From: an uncultured Gemmatimonadales bacterium
GTDB taxonomy: Bacteria > Gemmatimonadota > Gemmatimonadetes > Gemmatimonadales > GWC2-71-9
NCBI GenBank assembly: GCA_963722825.1
Contig: CAVROI010000003.1
Coordinates: 1,879,764 to 1,943,763, forward strand
Length of the DNA: 64,000 bases
Direction of reading: 5' to 3'
Shown here one piece after another: positions 20,969-29,361 of the stretch. The position numbers and the translations under genes are program-made. A model generated the notes under the pieces. It did no database searches, was not told the origin of the DNA, and saw nothing but the letters and a program-made list of their open reading frames with translations. Numbering within the stretch: the first letter of the stretch is position 1; each line of letters begins with the position of its first letter.

Positions 20969-21717
20969 TCTCACTCGCCGGGAAGGCCGCACTCGTCACC
21001 GGTGGAGGCCGGGGGATCGGCCGCGCGGCCGCGCTCCAGCTTGCCCGAGCCGGGGCGGACGTAGCCATCACCTATCTCTCGCGTGCGGCTGAAGCCGAGT
21101 CGGTCGCGACGGAGATCCGCGCGCTCGGCCGGCGTGCGGCTGTGTGCGCCGGCGACCTGGCCGACCCAGCCACATGCGAACGGATGGCGGCCACCGTCGG
21201 CCGGGCCTTCGGCCGTCTCGATTGCTTCATCGCGAACGCCGGCATCTGGCCGGCCAGCGACGTCCCTCTCGCGCGGATGTCCGGCGAGCGATGGCGCGCA
21301 ACGATGGCGGCCAATCTGGACGGGCTCTTTCTCAGTACTCGTGCCGCGCTCCGGATCATGGGTGAGGGCGGCCGGATCGTGCTGGTCTCCAGCACCGCCG
21401 GCCAGCGAGGCGAAGCCTTTCACGCCGACTATGCCGCCACCAAAGGGGCGGTGATCGCGCTCACCAAGTCGCTTGCCATCGAATGCGCGCCGGGCATCCT
21501 GGTCAATTGCGTCGCGCCGGGGTGGGTGGACACGGAGATGTGCGCTCCGGCATTTGCCGGGGCAGGCCGGGAGCGGGTGAGGCAAACGATACCAGTCGGA
21601 CGGATCCCGTCTCCCGAGGACATCGCCGGCCCGATCGTTTTTCTCTGCAGCGATCTGGCCCGCCACATCACCGGCGAGGTGCTCAACGTCAATGGGGGGA
21701 GCGTGCTCTGCGGATGA
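20965..21717 (+). CDS. SDR-family oxidoreductase (FabG-like)
   Basis: TGGGRGIG glycine motif, NAG, the catalytic YAATKGA (YxxxK) and NVNGG near the C-terminus. Confidence 0.85.
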   Translation: MISLAGKAALVTGGGRGIGRAAALQLARAGADVAITYLSRAAEAESVATEIRALGRRAAVCAGDLADPATCERMAATVGRAFGRLDCFIANAGIWPASDVPLARMSGERWRATMAANLDGLFLSTRAALRIMGEGGRIVLVSSTAGQRGEAFHADYAATKGAVIALTKSLAIECAPGILVNCVAPGWVDTEMCAPAFAGAGRERVRQTIPVGRIPSPEDIAGPIVFLCSDLARHITGEVLNVNGGSVLCG

Positions 21718-22664
21718 TCCACCTCCTCTTCACCGGCGGCACCATCTCGATGCGGCGCGACGAGGCGGCGGGAGGCAACGTGCCGACCCACGGTGGCGAA
21801 GCGCTGGTGGGGCTCGCGCCCGAGCTCGAGCGCGTCGCGCCCTTTCGGATCGAGAACTGGGCCAGGCTTCCGGCCTGCCATCTTGGTCCGGACAAATTAT
21901 GGGCGCTGCGTGAGCGTGTCCGAGAAGTGGCGGAGTCGGGCGAGGTGGCCGGCATCGTGATCACTCATGGTACCGACACGATCGAGGAGACCGCGTATCT
22001 CCTCGACCGCACGCTGGATCCCGCGGTCCCCGTGGCGATCACTGGCGCCATGCGCACGTCCAGCGACGTGGAATGGGATGGTCCCCGCAATCTCACGGAC
22101 GCGGCGACGGTTGCGGCGAGCGAAACCAGCGCCGGACGCGGCACCATGGTCGCGTTCAACGGCGCCGTGTTCGCGGGCCGGACGGCGGTCAAGATGCACG
22201 CGACGAATGTCGATGCCTTCGCCGCGCCCCATGCCGGTCCGGTCGGTCGGGTGGCGGGCGGCCAGGTCCACTACCTCGTCCCATCCCTCCCGCGGAGCCG
22301 GCCGCTCGAGCCGCGAGGACTGACCGCGCGGGTGGCACAGGTTCCGATGGTGGTGGGCGACGACGGCGCCATGCTCGATCTCGCGCGCTCGACGCATGAC
22401 GGCGTGGTGGTGATCGCCTTCGGCAGCGGCAACGTCCCTCCCGGTGCGGTGCCGGCGATCGCCCGGTGGCTCGACGCTGGCAAGCCTGTGGTCCTGGCCA
22501 CGCGGTGCCCCTTCGGCGAGGTGGCGCCGGCGTATGCCTTCGACGGCGGCGGGGCACGTACCGTGGCGATGGGCGCACTGCCCGCCGGTCCCCGCTCTCC
22601 GTCACAGGCCCGGATGGAGCTGACCATCGCGTTGTCCGCCGGTGTGGCCTACGGCGCCCAATGA
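21714..22664 (+). CDS. L-asparaginase (type I-like)
   Basis: The ATG at 21714 gives MIHLLFTGGTISM (the TGGTI motif). The HGTDT motif (ITHGTDTIEETAYLL) follows. ATGA overlaps occur at both ends. Confidence 0.85.
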   Translation: MIHLLFTGGTISMRRDEAAGGNVPTHGGEALVGLAPELERVAPFRIENWARLPACHLGPDKLWALRERVREVAESGEVAGIVITHGTDTIEETAYLLDRTLDPAVPVAITGAMRTSSDVEWDGPRNLTDAATVAASETSAGRGTMVAFNGAVFAGRTAVKMHATNVDAFAAPHAGPVGRVAGGQVHYLVPSLPRSRPLEPRGLTARVAQVPMVVGDDGAMLDLARSTHDGVVVIAFGSGNVPPGAVPAIARWLDAGKPVVLATRCPFGEVAPAYAFDGGGARTVAMGALPAGPRSPSQARMELTIALSAGVAYGAQ

Positions 22665-23851
22665 GCTTTCCAGCGTCGCTGCCGATCCCGGAGGACGTGC
22701 TGGAAATCGCCCGCACGCTCGAGGCCGCGGGGCACGAAACGTGGTGCGTCGGTGGCGCGCTGCGGGACGCTCTGCTTGGCCACCCGCATGCCGATTACGA
22801 CCTGGCCACGGCCGCCACCCCGGCGCAGGTGCAATCGCTCTTCAAGCGCACGGCGCCGGTGGGCGAGAAGTACGGAACGGTCGGCGTGTTCGACCGCCGG
22901 CGGGTCGTCCACGAGGTGACCACCTTCCGTCGCGACGTCGTCACCGACGGAAGGCACGCCGTCGTGCGCTATGGCGTCTCGCTCGAAGATGATCTGGCCC
23001 GTCGCGACTTCACGATCAACGCGCTCGCCTACCATCCTGTCCGCCACGAATGGCGGGACCCGTTTCAGGGTGAGGCTGATCTTCGGCGCGGTCTCGTGCG
23101 GGCGGTCGGGGAGCCCGCACAGCGATTTCGGGAGGACTACCTTCGCATCCTTCGCGCGATTCGGTTCGCCGCGCGGTTCGGCTTCGCGGTCGATCCGGCC
23201 ACGTGGGAGGCCGTGGTGCAGGGTGCGGACGGCCTGCCCCGGCTGTCGGCGGAACGGGTGCGGGACGAGTGGTTCAAGGGGCTCACGACGGCCGGGTCCG
23301 TCGCCGAGCTGGTGCGGCTATGGCGCGAGAGCGGCGCGGCGGCGCGGCTGATCCCCGAGCTCGAGGCGGCTCCGGCAGAGGCGATCGCCCGGGCGGCGAC
23401 CGTCGGTCCCGCCCGGCGCGATCCCGTTCTTCTCACCGCGCTGCTCGTGGCCGACCCGGCCGGTGTTCTCCGGCGCCTCAAGGCGTCGGGGGCGGAAATC
23501 GATCGCGCCGGGGCGCTGGCGGACATGCCGCAGGCGCCCGCGGGTGAAGACGAGATCGCCGTGCGCCGCTGGCTGGCCACCGTCGGCAAGGCGGCCGATG
23601 ATCTGCTGGCGCTCTGGGCGCTGCGCAGGGGTGAAGATGCGCCGTGGGCCGCCATCGTGCGTCGCGTGCGTGAGCGGAAGGACCCGCTCTCCCGCGGCGA
23701 TCTGGCGATCGGCGGCGGCGACCTCCAGCAGCTGGGGTTGAATGGCCCGAGGATCGGTGAGATGCTCGCGGCATTGCTGGACCGGGTGCTCGAGGATCCG
23801 ACCCGCAACACGCGCGAGTCGCTGCTCGCGCTCGCCCGGGAGATGCGCTGA
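22661..23851 (+). CDS. cca: CCA-adding tRNA nucleotidyltransferase / poly(A) polymerase family protein
   Basis: GGALRDALLG...DYDLAT is the class II nucleotidyltransferase head. RRDFTINAL and EDYLRILRAIRFAARFGF are also present. Confidence 0.85.
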   Translation: MSFPASLPIPEDVLEIARTLEAAGHETWCVGGALRDALLGHPHADYDLATAATPAQVQSLFKRTAPVGEKYGTVGVFDRRRVVHEVTTFRRDVVTDGRHAVVRYGVSLEDDLARRDFTINALAYHPVRHEWRDPFQGEADLRRGLVRAVGEPAQRFREDYLRILRAIRFAARFGFAVDPATWEAVVQGADGLPRLSAERVRDEWFKGLTTAGSVAELVRLWRESGAAARLIPELEAAPAEAIARAATVGPARRDPVLLTALLVADPAGVLRRLKASGAEIDRAGALADMPQAPAGEDEIAVRRWLATVGKAADDLLALWALRRGEDAPWAAIVRRVRERKDPLSRGDLAIGGGDLQQLGLNGPRIGEMLAALLDRVLEDPTRNTRESLLALAREMR

Positions 23852-23868
23852 GCCCGTTCCTCTTCGCC

Positions 23869-24564
23869 GTGGCCGCGGCTCTGGGCAACATCGTCGGCGC
23901 GCTCGCGGTGGTGCGGCACGAGCGCCGCAGTCTCCAGGCGATCGAGGCCGGTCTGGCGTTCGGGGCCGGGTTCATGCTCTCGGTCGCGGTGCTCGGAGTC
24001 ATGCCCGAGGTACTTCGGGACACCTCTTCACCGGCGCTCTACGTGCTCTTCGGCTACCTCGCTGTTCACCTCGCGCAGCACGTGTTCACGCCCCATTTTC
24101 ACTTCGGCGAGGAGACCCACAAGGTCAGCGCCACGGCCGGCACATCGGCGTTGCTCGGGCTCACGCTCCACACCTTCTTCGACGGGGTGGCCATCGCCAG
24201 CGGTTTCCTGGTCTCGGGGCGGCTCGGCATCCTGCTCTTTCTGGCCGTCCTGCTTCACAAGCTTCCTGAGGGCGTGACGATCGCGAGCGTGATGGTCGCG
24301 GGCGGACAGACGCGGGCGCGCGCCATCGGTGGCGCGGCGGTCCTCGGCGTGGCCACGATCCTGGGCGTCCTGCTCACCGAGCGCGTCGCGCCGCTGGCAA
24401 GACATGGGCTCGCGATCTCGGCCGGAGTCACCCTCTATGTGGCGGCATCGAACCTCGTTCCGCACTTCCAGGGGCGGCGCGGCTGGCTCACGGCGGCGGC
24501 GTTCTTCGGCGGTGCGTTGAGCTACTTCCTGGTCGAACGCATGGTCGTGGGGTGGGTGCCCTGA
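23869..24564 (+). CDS. ZIP-family divalent metal transporter (ZupT-like)
   Basis: Multi-pass membrane protein with LHTFFDGVAIASGF and LLHKLPEGVTIASVM, the ZIP signature helices. The hydrophobic sequence LSPFLFAV continues in frame upstream to a CTG at 23848 that overlaps the cca stop, so the start is uncertain. Confidence 0.8.
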   Translation: MAAALGNIVGALAVVRHERRSLQAIEAGLAFGAGFMLSVAVLGVMPEVLRDTSSPALYVLFGYLAVHLAQHVFTPHFHFGEETHKVSATAGTSALLGLTLHTFFDGVAIASGFLVSGRLGILLFLAVLLHKLPEGVTIASVMVAGGQTRARAIGGAAVLGVATILGVLLTERVAPLARHGLAISAGVTLYVAASNLVPHFQGRRGWLTAAAFFGGALSYFLVERMVVGWVP

Positions 24565-25943
24565 TGCCGCGCCCGCGTTCTCCGGCCGAAGCCGGGGAGT
24601 CGCTCTTCGCCGGCCAGGCGTCCCAGCCACTCGCGGCGCGAATGCGGCCGAGAGGGCTCGAGGAATTCGTGGGACAGGAGCACCTCCTCGCTCCCGGCCG
24701 TCCGCTCCGCGAGGCGATCGAGCGCGGCGTGCCAGGCTCGATGATCTTCTGGGGCCCGCCGGGAACCGGGAAGACGACGCTCGCGCGGCTTGTTGCCACC
24801 ACCACTGCACGGGCGTTCGTTCCGTTCAGCGCGGTGTCCGAGGGTGTGCCGAGAATACGAGAGATCGTGGCGGGGGCGCGGGGTAGACTCGACTCGGGTA
24901 GCTCCGGGACGATCCTCTTCGTCGACGAGATCCACCGGCTCAACAAGGCCCAGCAGGACAGTCTCCTGCCGCCCTCGGAAGACGGGACGATCACCCTGAT
25001 CGGCGCCACCACGGAGAACCCCAGCTTCGAGATCAACGGCGCCTTGCTCTCGCGAACCCGCGTCTTCGTCCTCGAGCCCCTCGCCGCGGCGCACCTGGAG
25101 ACGCTGGTCCGCCGGGCGCTCGACGATGCCGAGCGGGGCCTCGGCGAGATGCACCTCGAAGTCGACGACCAGGCGATCGCCGCGATCGCCGTGGAGGCGG
25201 ATGGCGACGCACGCCGCGTGCTGACAGTGCTCGAGGCCGCCGCGGCGCATGTGGGCGCGGGTGGCAGGATCACCCTGGAAGTGGCTCGCGAGGCGATGCA
25301 GAAGCGGTTCGCACGATACGACAAGGCCGGCGAGGAGCACTTCAATCTCCTCTCGGCGTACCACAAATCGCTGCGCGGGAGCGATCCGCAGGGTGCCCTC
25401 TACTGGATGGCGCGCATGCTCGACGGCGGTGAGGATCCGATGATTCTCTTTCGCCGAGCAATCGCGATGGCCGCGGAGGACATCGGGCTCGCCGATCCCA
25501 ACGCGCTGCCGCTCGCGGTTGCCGCTCGCGACGCCTTCCATATGCTGGGCCCGCCGGAGGGGTACCTGCCGCTGGCCGAGATGACGATCTATCTCGCCAC
25601 GGCGCCCAAGTCGAACAGCTCGAAGGTCGCACTCGGTGCGGCACTCGACGCCGCGCGCAACACGCCGGCTGCTCCGGTACCACTCCACATCCGAAACGCG
25701 CCGACCGGTCTCATGAAGCAGCTGGGCTACGGCCGCGGGTATCAGTACGCACACGACTCGGCGGACGCCTACCTCCCGCAGGAATACCTCCCCGAGGAGC
25801 TGCGAGGCACCATGTTCTATCGGCCGGGACCCTTCGGCTACGAGCGCCGCGTGGCTGAACGGCTGGCGTGGTGGGACAAGCGCAAACAGGAGTCGGAGGG
25901 TGGCGGCGGGGGTGAAGGCAGCGCCGGGCCCGATTCCGAATGA
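24552..25943 (+). CDS. rarA: Replication-associated recombination protein A (AAA+ ATPase)
   Basis: Walker A is FWGPPGTGKTTLARL and Walker B is LFVDEIHR. The MgsA C-terminal region is present (HFNLLSAYHKSLRGSDPQGALYWMARML, YQYAHD). Confidence 0.93.
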   Translation: MGALMPRPRSPAEAGESLFAGQASQPLAARMRPRGLEEFVGQEHLLAPGRPLREAIERGVPGSMIFWGPPGTGKTTLARLVATTTARAFVPFSAVSEGVPRIREIVAGARGRLDSGSSGTILFVDEIHRLNKAQQDSLLPPSEDGTITLIGATTENPSFEINGALLSRTRVFVLEPLAAAHLETLVRRALDDAERGLGEMHLEVDDQAIAAIAVEADGDARRVLTVLEAAAAHVGAGGRITLEVAREAMQKRFARYDKAGEEHFNLLSAYHKSLRGSDPQGALYWMARMLDGGEDPMILFRRAIAMAAEDIGLADPNALPLAVAARDAFHMLGPPEGYLPLAEMTIYLATAPKSNSSKVALGAALDAARNTPAAPVPLHIRNAPTGLMKQLGYGRGYQYAHDSADAYLPQEYLPEELRGTMFYRPGPFGYERRVAERLAWWDKRKQESEGGGGGEGSAGPDSE

Positions 25944-25987
25944 GGCCAGCGGTTATATTCCCGGGAAGCCGGTGCGTCGGAGGCTGG

Positions 25988-26467
25988 ATGAAGCCGAGCG
26001 CCTTGATGGGGCTCGGCCTGCTGGTCGCAGGGTGCGTGGGCATACCCGGCAATTTCAAGGATCCGGACATCAGGCTCGACCGGGTCGTTCTACGCGGCGT
26101 CAGCCCGACCGGTGGAGTGATGGAGCTGAATCTCGTGGTGGAAAATCCCAACGGCTTCGATCTGCAGGGCACCCGGTTGCAAGTCGGTTTCGATGTCGAT
26201 GGATCTCATCTCGGTGACGTCGAGTACGACGGCGAGTTTCGGACCGGCAGGAGAGAGACGACTCCCCTTACGCTGCCGCTGCGATTCAACCGGTCCGGAG
26301 TGGGCGCCGCGGTACGGGCCGCCCTCGCGGGTAGAGACCTCCCGTACACGATGAAGGGGCAGGTCACGCTCGACACCCCGTTCGGTAAACACAACGTGGC
26401 GTTCACGCAGGAAGGGCGCGCACCACTCACCCGTTCGGGCGGCATCTTGCCTGCCCCGAGTCGCTGA
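25988..26467 (+). CDS. LEA_2 / NDR1-like (late-embryogenesis-abundant type 2) lipoprotein
   Basis: MKPSALMGLGLLVAGC is a lipoprotein signal with lipobox LVAGC. A GGAGG lies 6 nt upstream. LNLVVENPNGFDLQGTRLQVGFDVDG is typical of LEA_2. The track ORF start at 25940 (ATGA overlap with rarA) is the alternative. Confidence 0.7.
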   Translation: MKPSALMGLGLLVAGCVGIPGNFKDPDIRLDRVVLRGVSPTGGVMELNLVVENPNGFDLQGTRLQVGFDVDGSHLGDVEYDGEFRTGRRETTPLTLPLRFNRSGVGAAVRAALAGRDLPYTMKGQVTLDTPFGKHNVAFTQEGRAPLTRSGGILPAPSR

Positions 26468-26630
26468 GGCAGGGAGGCAAGGCATCTCGACGAAAACACC
26501 GATTCAGGTCCGCGATCCCATCGAACGGGCAGTACTGGTCGCCGCACCGCGGAAGGGATCACTCGACGCCCGCCACATCACGGAGCATCTGGAGGAGCTG
26601 ACCCGCCTGGTCGACACCGCCGGCGCGGAA

Positions 26631-27812
26631 GTGGTTGGCCGCATCTCCCAGCACATCGCGACTCCCAATCCAGGCACGCTGATCGGCGAGGGGAAGGTCG
26701 AAGAGGTGGCTGCCGCCGTCGCGGAAGCCGGAGCCACCCTCGTCATTTTCGACGACGAGCTGAGCCCGGTGCAGGGGGCGAATCTCGAGCGTGAGCTCCA
26801 GGTTCGCGTGATGGATCGCTCCGAAGTCATCCTCGACATCTTCTCGACCCGGGCCCGCAGTCACGAGGCCAAGCTCCAGGTCGAGCTCGCGCAGCTCGAG
26901 TACCTGCTTCCGCGGCTCACGCGGATGTGGACCCACCTCTCCCGTATCCGCGGCGGCATCGGCCTTCGGGGCCCGGGCGAAACTCAGCTCGAGACCGACC
27001 GCCGGATCATTCGCCGCCGCATCCAGGCACTCAAGGCCAAACTCGAGGGAGTGGAGCGTCACCGCGAGAACATGCGCGCCGGCCGTGATCCCATGCTGAG
27101 CGTGGCCCTCGTCGGTTACACCAACGCCGGGAAGTCGAGTATCCTGCGAGGGCTCTCGGGCGAGCATGAAATCCTGGTGGAAGACCGTCTCTTCTCGACC
27201 CTGGACACCCTGACCCGTGAAGTCGATCTGGGCGAGGGACAGCGCGCTCGAGTCACCGACACCGTAGGGTTCATTCGCAAACTGCCTCACCACCTCGTGG
27301 CCAGCTTCCGCGCCACCCTCGAGGAGGTGCGCGAGGCCGACATGCTGCTCCACGTCGTCGATGCGAGCCACCATGACTGGGAAGGGCAGATGCACGTGGT
27401 CGAGCGGGTGCTCGCCGAGCTCGATCTGGCCGACCGGCCGATCCTCCCCGTCTTCAACAAGCTCGACGCGGTTCCCGACTCGACCGGATTCGCCGCGCGA
27501 GTCCGCGAGCTGTATCCGGGCGCCGTCACTACCACGACTCAGCGGACAGACGGGCTCGTCTCGCTCAAGGCCGTCTTGCGCGACCTCGAGCGGGCCGGCC
27601 GCCCCACCGTGCGCATCCGGCTTCCGGTGACCGATGGGGCGCGACTCGCGGCCCTGTACCGCGAGGGCGAAGTGCTCTCGCGCGAAGACCACGACAGCCA
27701 GTGCGACGTCGTGGTCCGGCTCGAGTCATGGCAGGTCGAGCGGCTCAAGAGCCAGGGGGTGGAGGTGAGCGCCGAGCGGGGACCGGGGAGGCGGGAACGA
27801 AGGACGGGCTAG
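26631..27812 (+). CDS. hflX: GTPase HflX
   Basis: The HflX linker region reads QVELAQLEYLLPRLTRMWTHLSRIRGGIGLRGPGETQLETDRR. G1 is GYTNAGKSS and G3 is DTVGF. Coordinates are the first canonical start (GTG), but N-domain-like sequence (ERAVLVAAPRKG...) continues upstream in frame; see findings. Confidence 0.9.
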   Translation: MVGRISQHIATPNPGTLIGEGKVEEVAAAVAEAGATLVIFDDELSPVQGANLERELQVRVMDRSEVILDIFSTRARSHEAKLQVELAQLEYLLPRLTRMWTHLSRIRGGIGLRGPGETQLETDRRIIRRRIQALKAKLEGVERHRENMRAGRDPMLSVALVGYTNAGKSSILRGLSGEHEILVEDRLFSTLDTLTREVDLGEGQRARVTDTVGFIRKLPHHLVASFRATLEEVREADMLLHVVDASHHDWEGQMHVVERVLAELDLADRPILPVFNKLDAVPDSTGFAARVRELYPGAVTTTTQRTDGLVSLKAVLRDLERAGRPTVRIRLPVTDGARLAALYREGEVLSREDHDSQCDVVVRLESWQVERLKSQGVEVSAERGPGRRERRTG

Positions 27813-27894
27813 GGTAGGGGAGGCCGGCCATTCAAGGTGATGTGAATCACCGATCACGCGAGAGACAGTCAGATAACCTTCTCGAGGAGGTCGG

Positions 27895-28062
27895 ATGCGA
27901 ATCCGCTTGAGTGCCGCCTGCTCTTTGATTGGCATGATCGGCATCATGGCAGGCGCCGTGGGCTGTGGCAGTTACAGCGCGCCGAACAATCCACCGTCGT
28001 CGCCGGACAGCACCGGTGACAGCATGGCACCGCCACCGAGTTACATTCTGGGAAGCCACTAA
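27895..28062 (+). CDS. Small putative lipoprotein (55 aa), not in the ORF track
   Basis: My translation is MRIRLSAACSLIGMIGIMAGAVGCGSYSAPNNPPSSPDSTGDSMAPPPSYILGSH. It has a basic n-region, a hydrophobic core and an AVGC lipobox-like site. A strong GAGGAGG sits at 27884-27890, 4 nt before the ATG. A perfect hairpin lies 30 nt after the stop. Confidence 0.55.
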   Translation: MRIRLSAACSLIGMIGIMAGAVGCGSYSAPNNPPSSPDSTGDSMAPPPSYILGSH

Positions 28063-28092
28063 AGGCCAGGGGCTCAATCCTCCCAGATGCAA

Positions 28093-28117
28093 GGCTGGAG
28101 GCGCTACGCCTCCAGCC
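28093..28117. terminator. Bidirectional intrinsic-terminator-like hairpin between convergent genes
   Basis: ggctggaggcg-cta-cgcctccagcc is a perfect 11-bp GC-rich stem. It is followed by TTT on the plus strand. It lies 30 nt after the sORF stop and 14 nt after the stop of the minus-strand ICL-family gene. Confidence 0.65.
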
Positions 28118-28131
28118 TTTCGCTTCCAGGG

Positions 28132-29268
28132 TCAATCGTTCCCGCTCAACACCTGCTCCAGGATCAGCCAGCGGTTCATGCCGGCAAATTTCTGGTGCAT
28201 CTTGGTCGTCGGCACCCCACCGGCCCCCTCGTCTTCCTCAATCTGCAGATCTGCCAGCGCGTCGATGCCGCTCTTGAGGAACTTGCGCAGACCTTTCTCC
28301 ATGGCCATGCCGGCAGTGCGGAAATTGAACAGCGTCGAAAACTGGAGAATGAAGCCCAGGTCGGCGAGCTGCTGATTGGTGATGAGCGTGCCGGACTTCT
28401 TGTCCTTCCCGAAGTAGAGCGACGGGGACAGGTTGAAGCCGAGCATCTGACTAGGGTAATACTTGCGCACGCCCTCGCTGAACTCCTGAGGCTGATCGAG
28501 CCGGGTATTGTTGAACTCCGGCCAGATCACGTCCACGCCGAGCTCCGCCGCCTCCCACGCGTCCTCGATTGCCATCTTCACGCCGCCCGGCTCCTGGTCG
28601 GGTAGGGCGCCGTCCACCGAATCGGTCCGGGCGATGATCACCACGTCCACCCCGGTTGCCTCGGCGGCGGCCTTGATTGCCTTGAGCTTGGCCAGCCAGG
28701 CCTTCCGTGGCACCAGCACCTTGTGGCGCTTCTGCTTGCCGACGTTGACGATGTGGCCGCAGGTGCGGTTGGAGGGGTCCTGGTTCTCGAGATGGACGCC
28801 GGCGGCGCCGACCCGGATCAGCTCGGTCGCGAGGGTGAACGTCTGAGTCGACCCGCCGAACCCGGCCTCCATGTCCACGAACGCAGGCGGCGCGCCGAGC
28901 AATTCCTTCCCCTCGGTATCGTACCAGTGGGTATTCCGAGCTCCCTCGATGCCCTTCCGCATCTCCAGCACCAGTTCGACCATCTGGTGTGAATGGTAGA
29001 TGCCGATGTCGGGATACATGCTCTTCGTCGCCGCGAGCTGCCAGCCGCTGCCGTACAAGGTCGAGAAGCCGAGGCGGGTCATGATGGCCGAGGAGAAGGC
29101 ATCGTAGGCGCCGGCGGTATGGAGGAAGCTCCCCTTGGCCTGGGCATCTCGCAGGAGTCGCCGGAGCTTGTCCGCGGGGACTTCGCTTTCGGGCGGGGCA
29201 AAGAGCTTGCTGATGAGGTCAGCGGGGTAGGTGGCGTGGAGCGAAGCCGGTGGAGTCACAGTCGCCAT
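28132..29268 (-). CDS. Isocitrate lyase / PEP mutase superfamily protein
   Basis: FLHTAGAYDAFSSAIMTRLGF, YGSGWQLAA, DMEAGFGG, GVHLENQ, the TCGH segment (a variant of K-K-C-G-H) and ARTD are present. I chose the start at the internal ATG (MATVTPP...) at 29268 rather than the track start at 29313. Confidence 0.8.
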   Translation of the reverse strand: MATVTPPASLHATYPADLISKLFAPPESEVPADKLRRLLRDAQAKGSFLHTAGAYDAFSSAIMTRLGFSTLYGSGWQLAATKSMYPDIGIYHSHQMVELVLEMRKGIEGARNTHWYDTEGKELLGAPPAFVDMEAGFGGSTQTFTLATELIRVGAAGVHLENQDPSNRTCGHIVNVGKQKRHKVLVPRKAWLAKLKAIKAAAEATGVDVVIIARTDSVDGALPDQEPGGVKMAIEDAWEAAELGVDVIWPEFNNTRLDQPQEFSEGVRKYYPSQMLGFNLSPSLYFGKDKKSGTLITNQQLADLGFILQFSTLFNFRTAGMAMEKGLRKFLKSGIDALADLQIEEDEGAGGVPTTKMHQKFAGMNRWLILEQVLSGND

Positions 29269-29345
29269 GGTGATTCTCCTCGAGGGCCGAGAATGGCCAA
29301 GCCGCTCGGCCACCGCGAGCGGCGGAACGAGGCGACGAGCGGGTT

Positions 29346-29361
29346 TGTGAAACTATTCACA
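29346..29361. promoter_or_regulatory. Perfect CRP/FNR-type site TGTGA-N6-TCACA
   Basis: TGTGAaactatTCACA extends to a perfect 7+4+7 inverted repeat, TTGTGAAactaTTCACAA (29345-29362). It is AT-rich in a GC-rich genome and is centred about 85 bp upstream of the ICL-family gene ATG on the minus strand. Confidence 0.5.

Noticed and set aside
27836-27851. A small hairpin, ggtgat-gtga-atcacc, after the hflX stop, considered as a terminator.
   Set aside because: It has only a 6-bp stem and no U-tract, so it is too weak to call. I left it unannotated.
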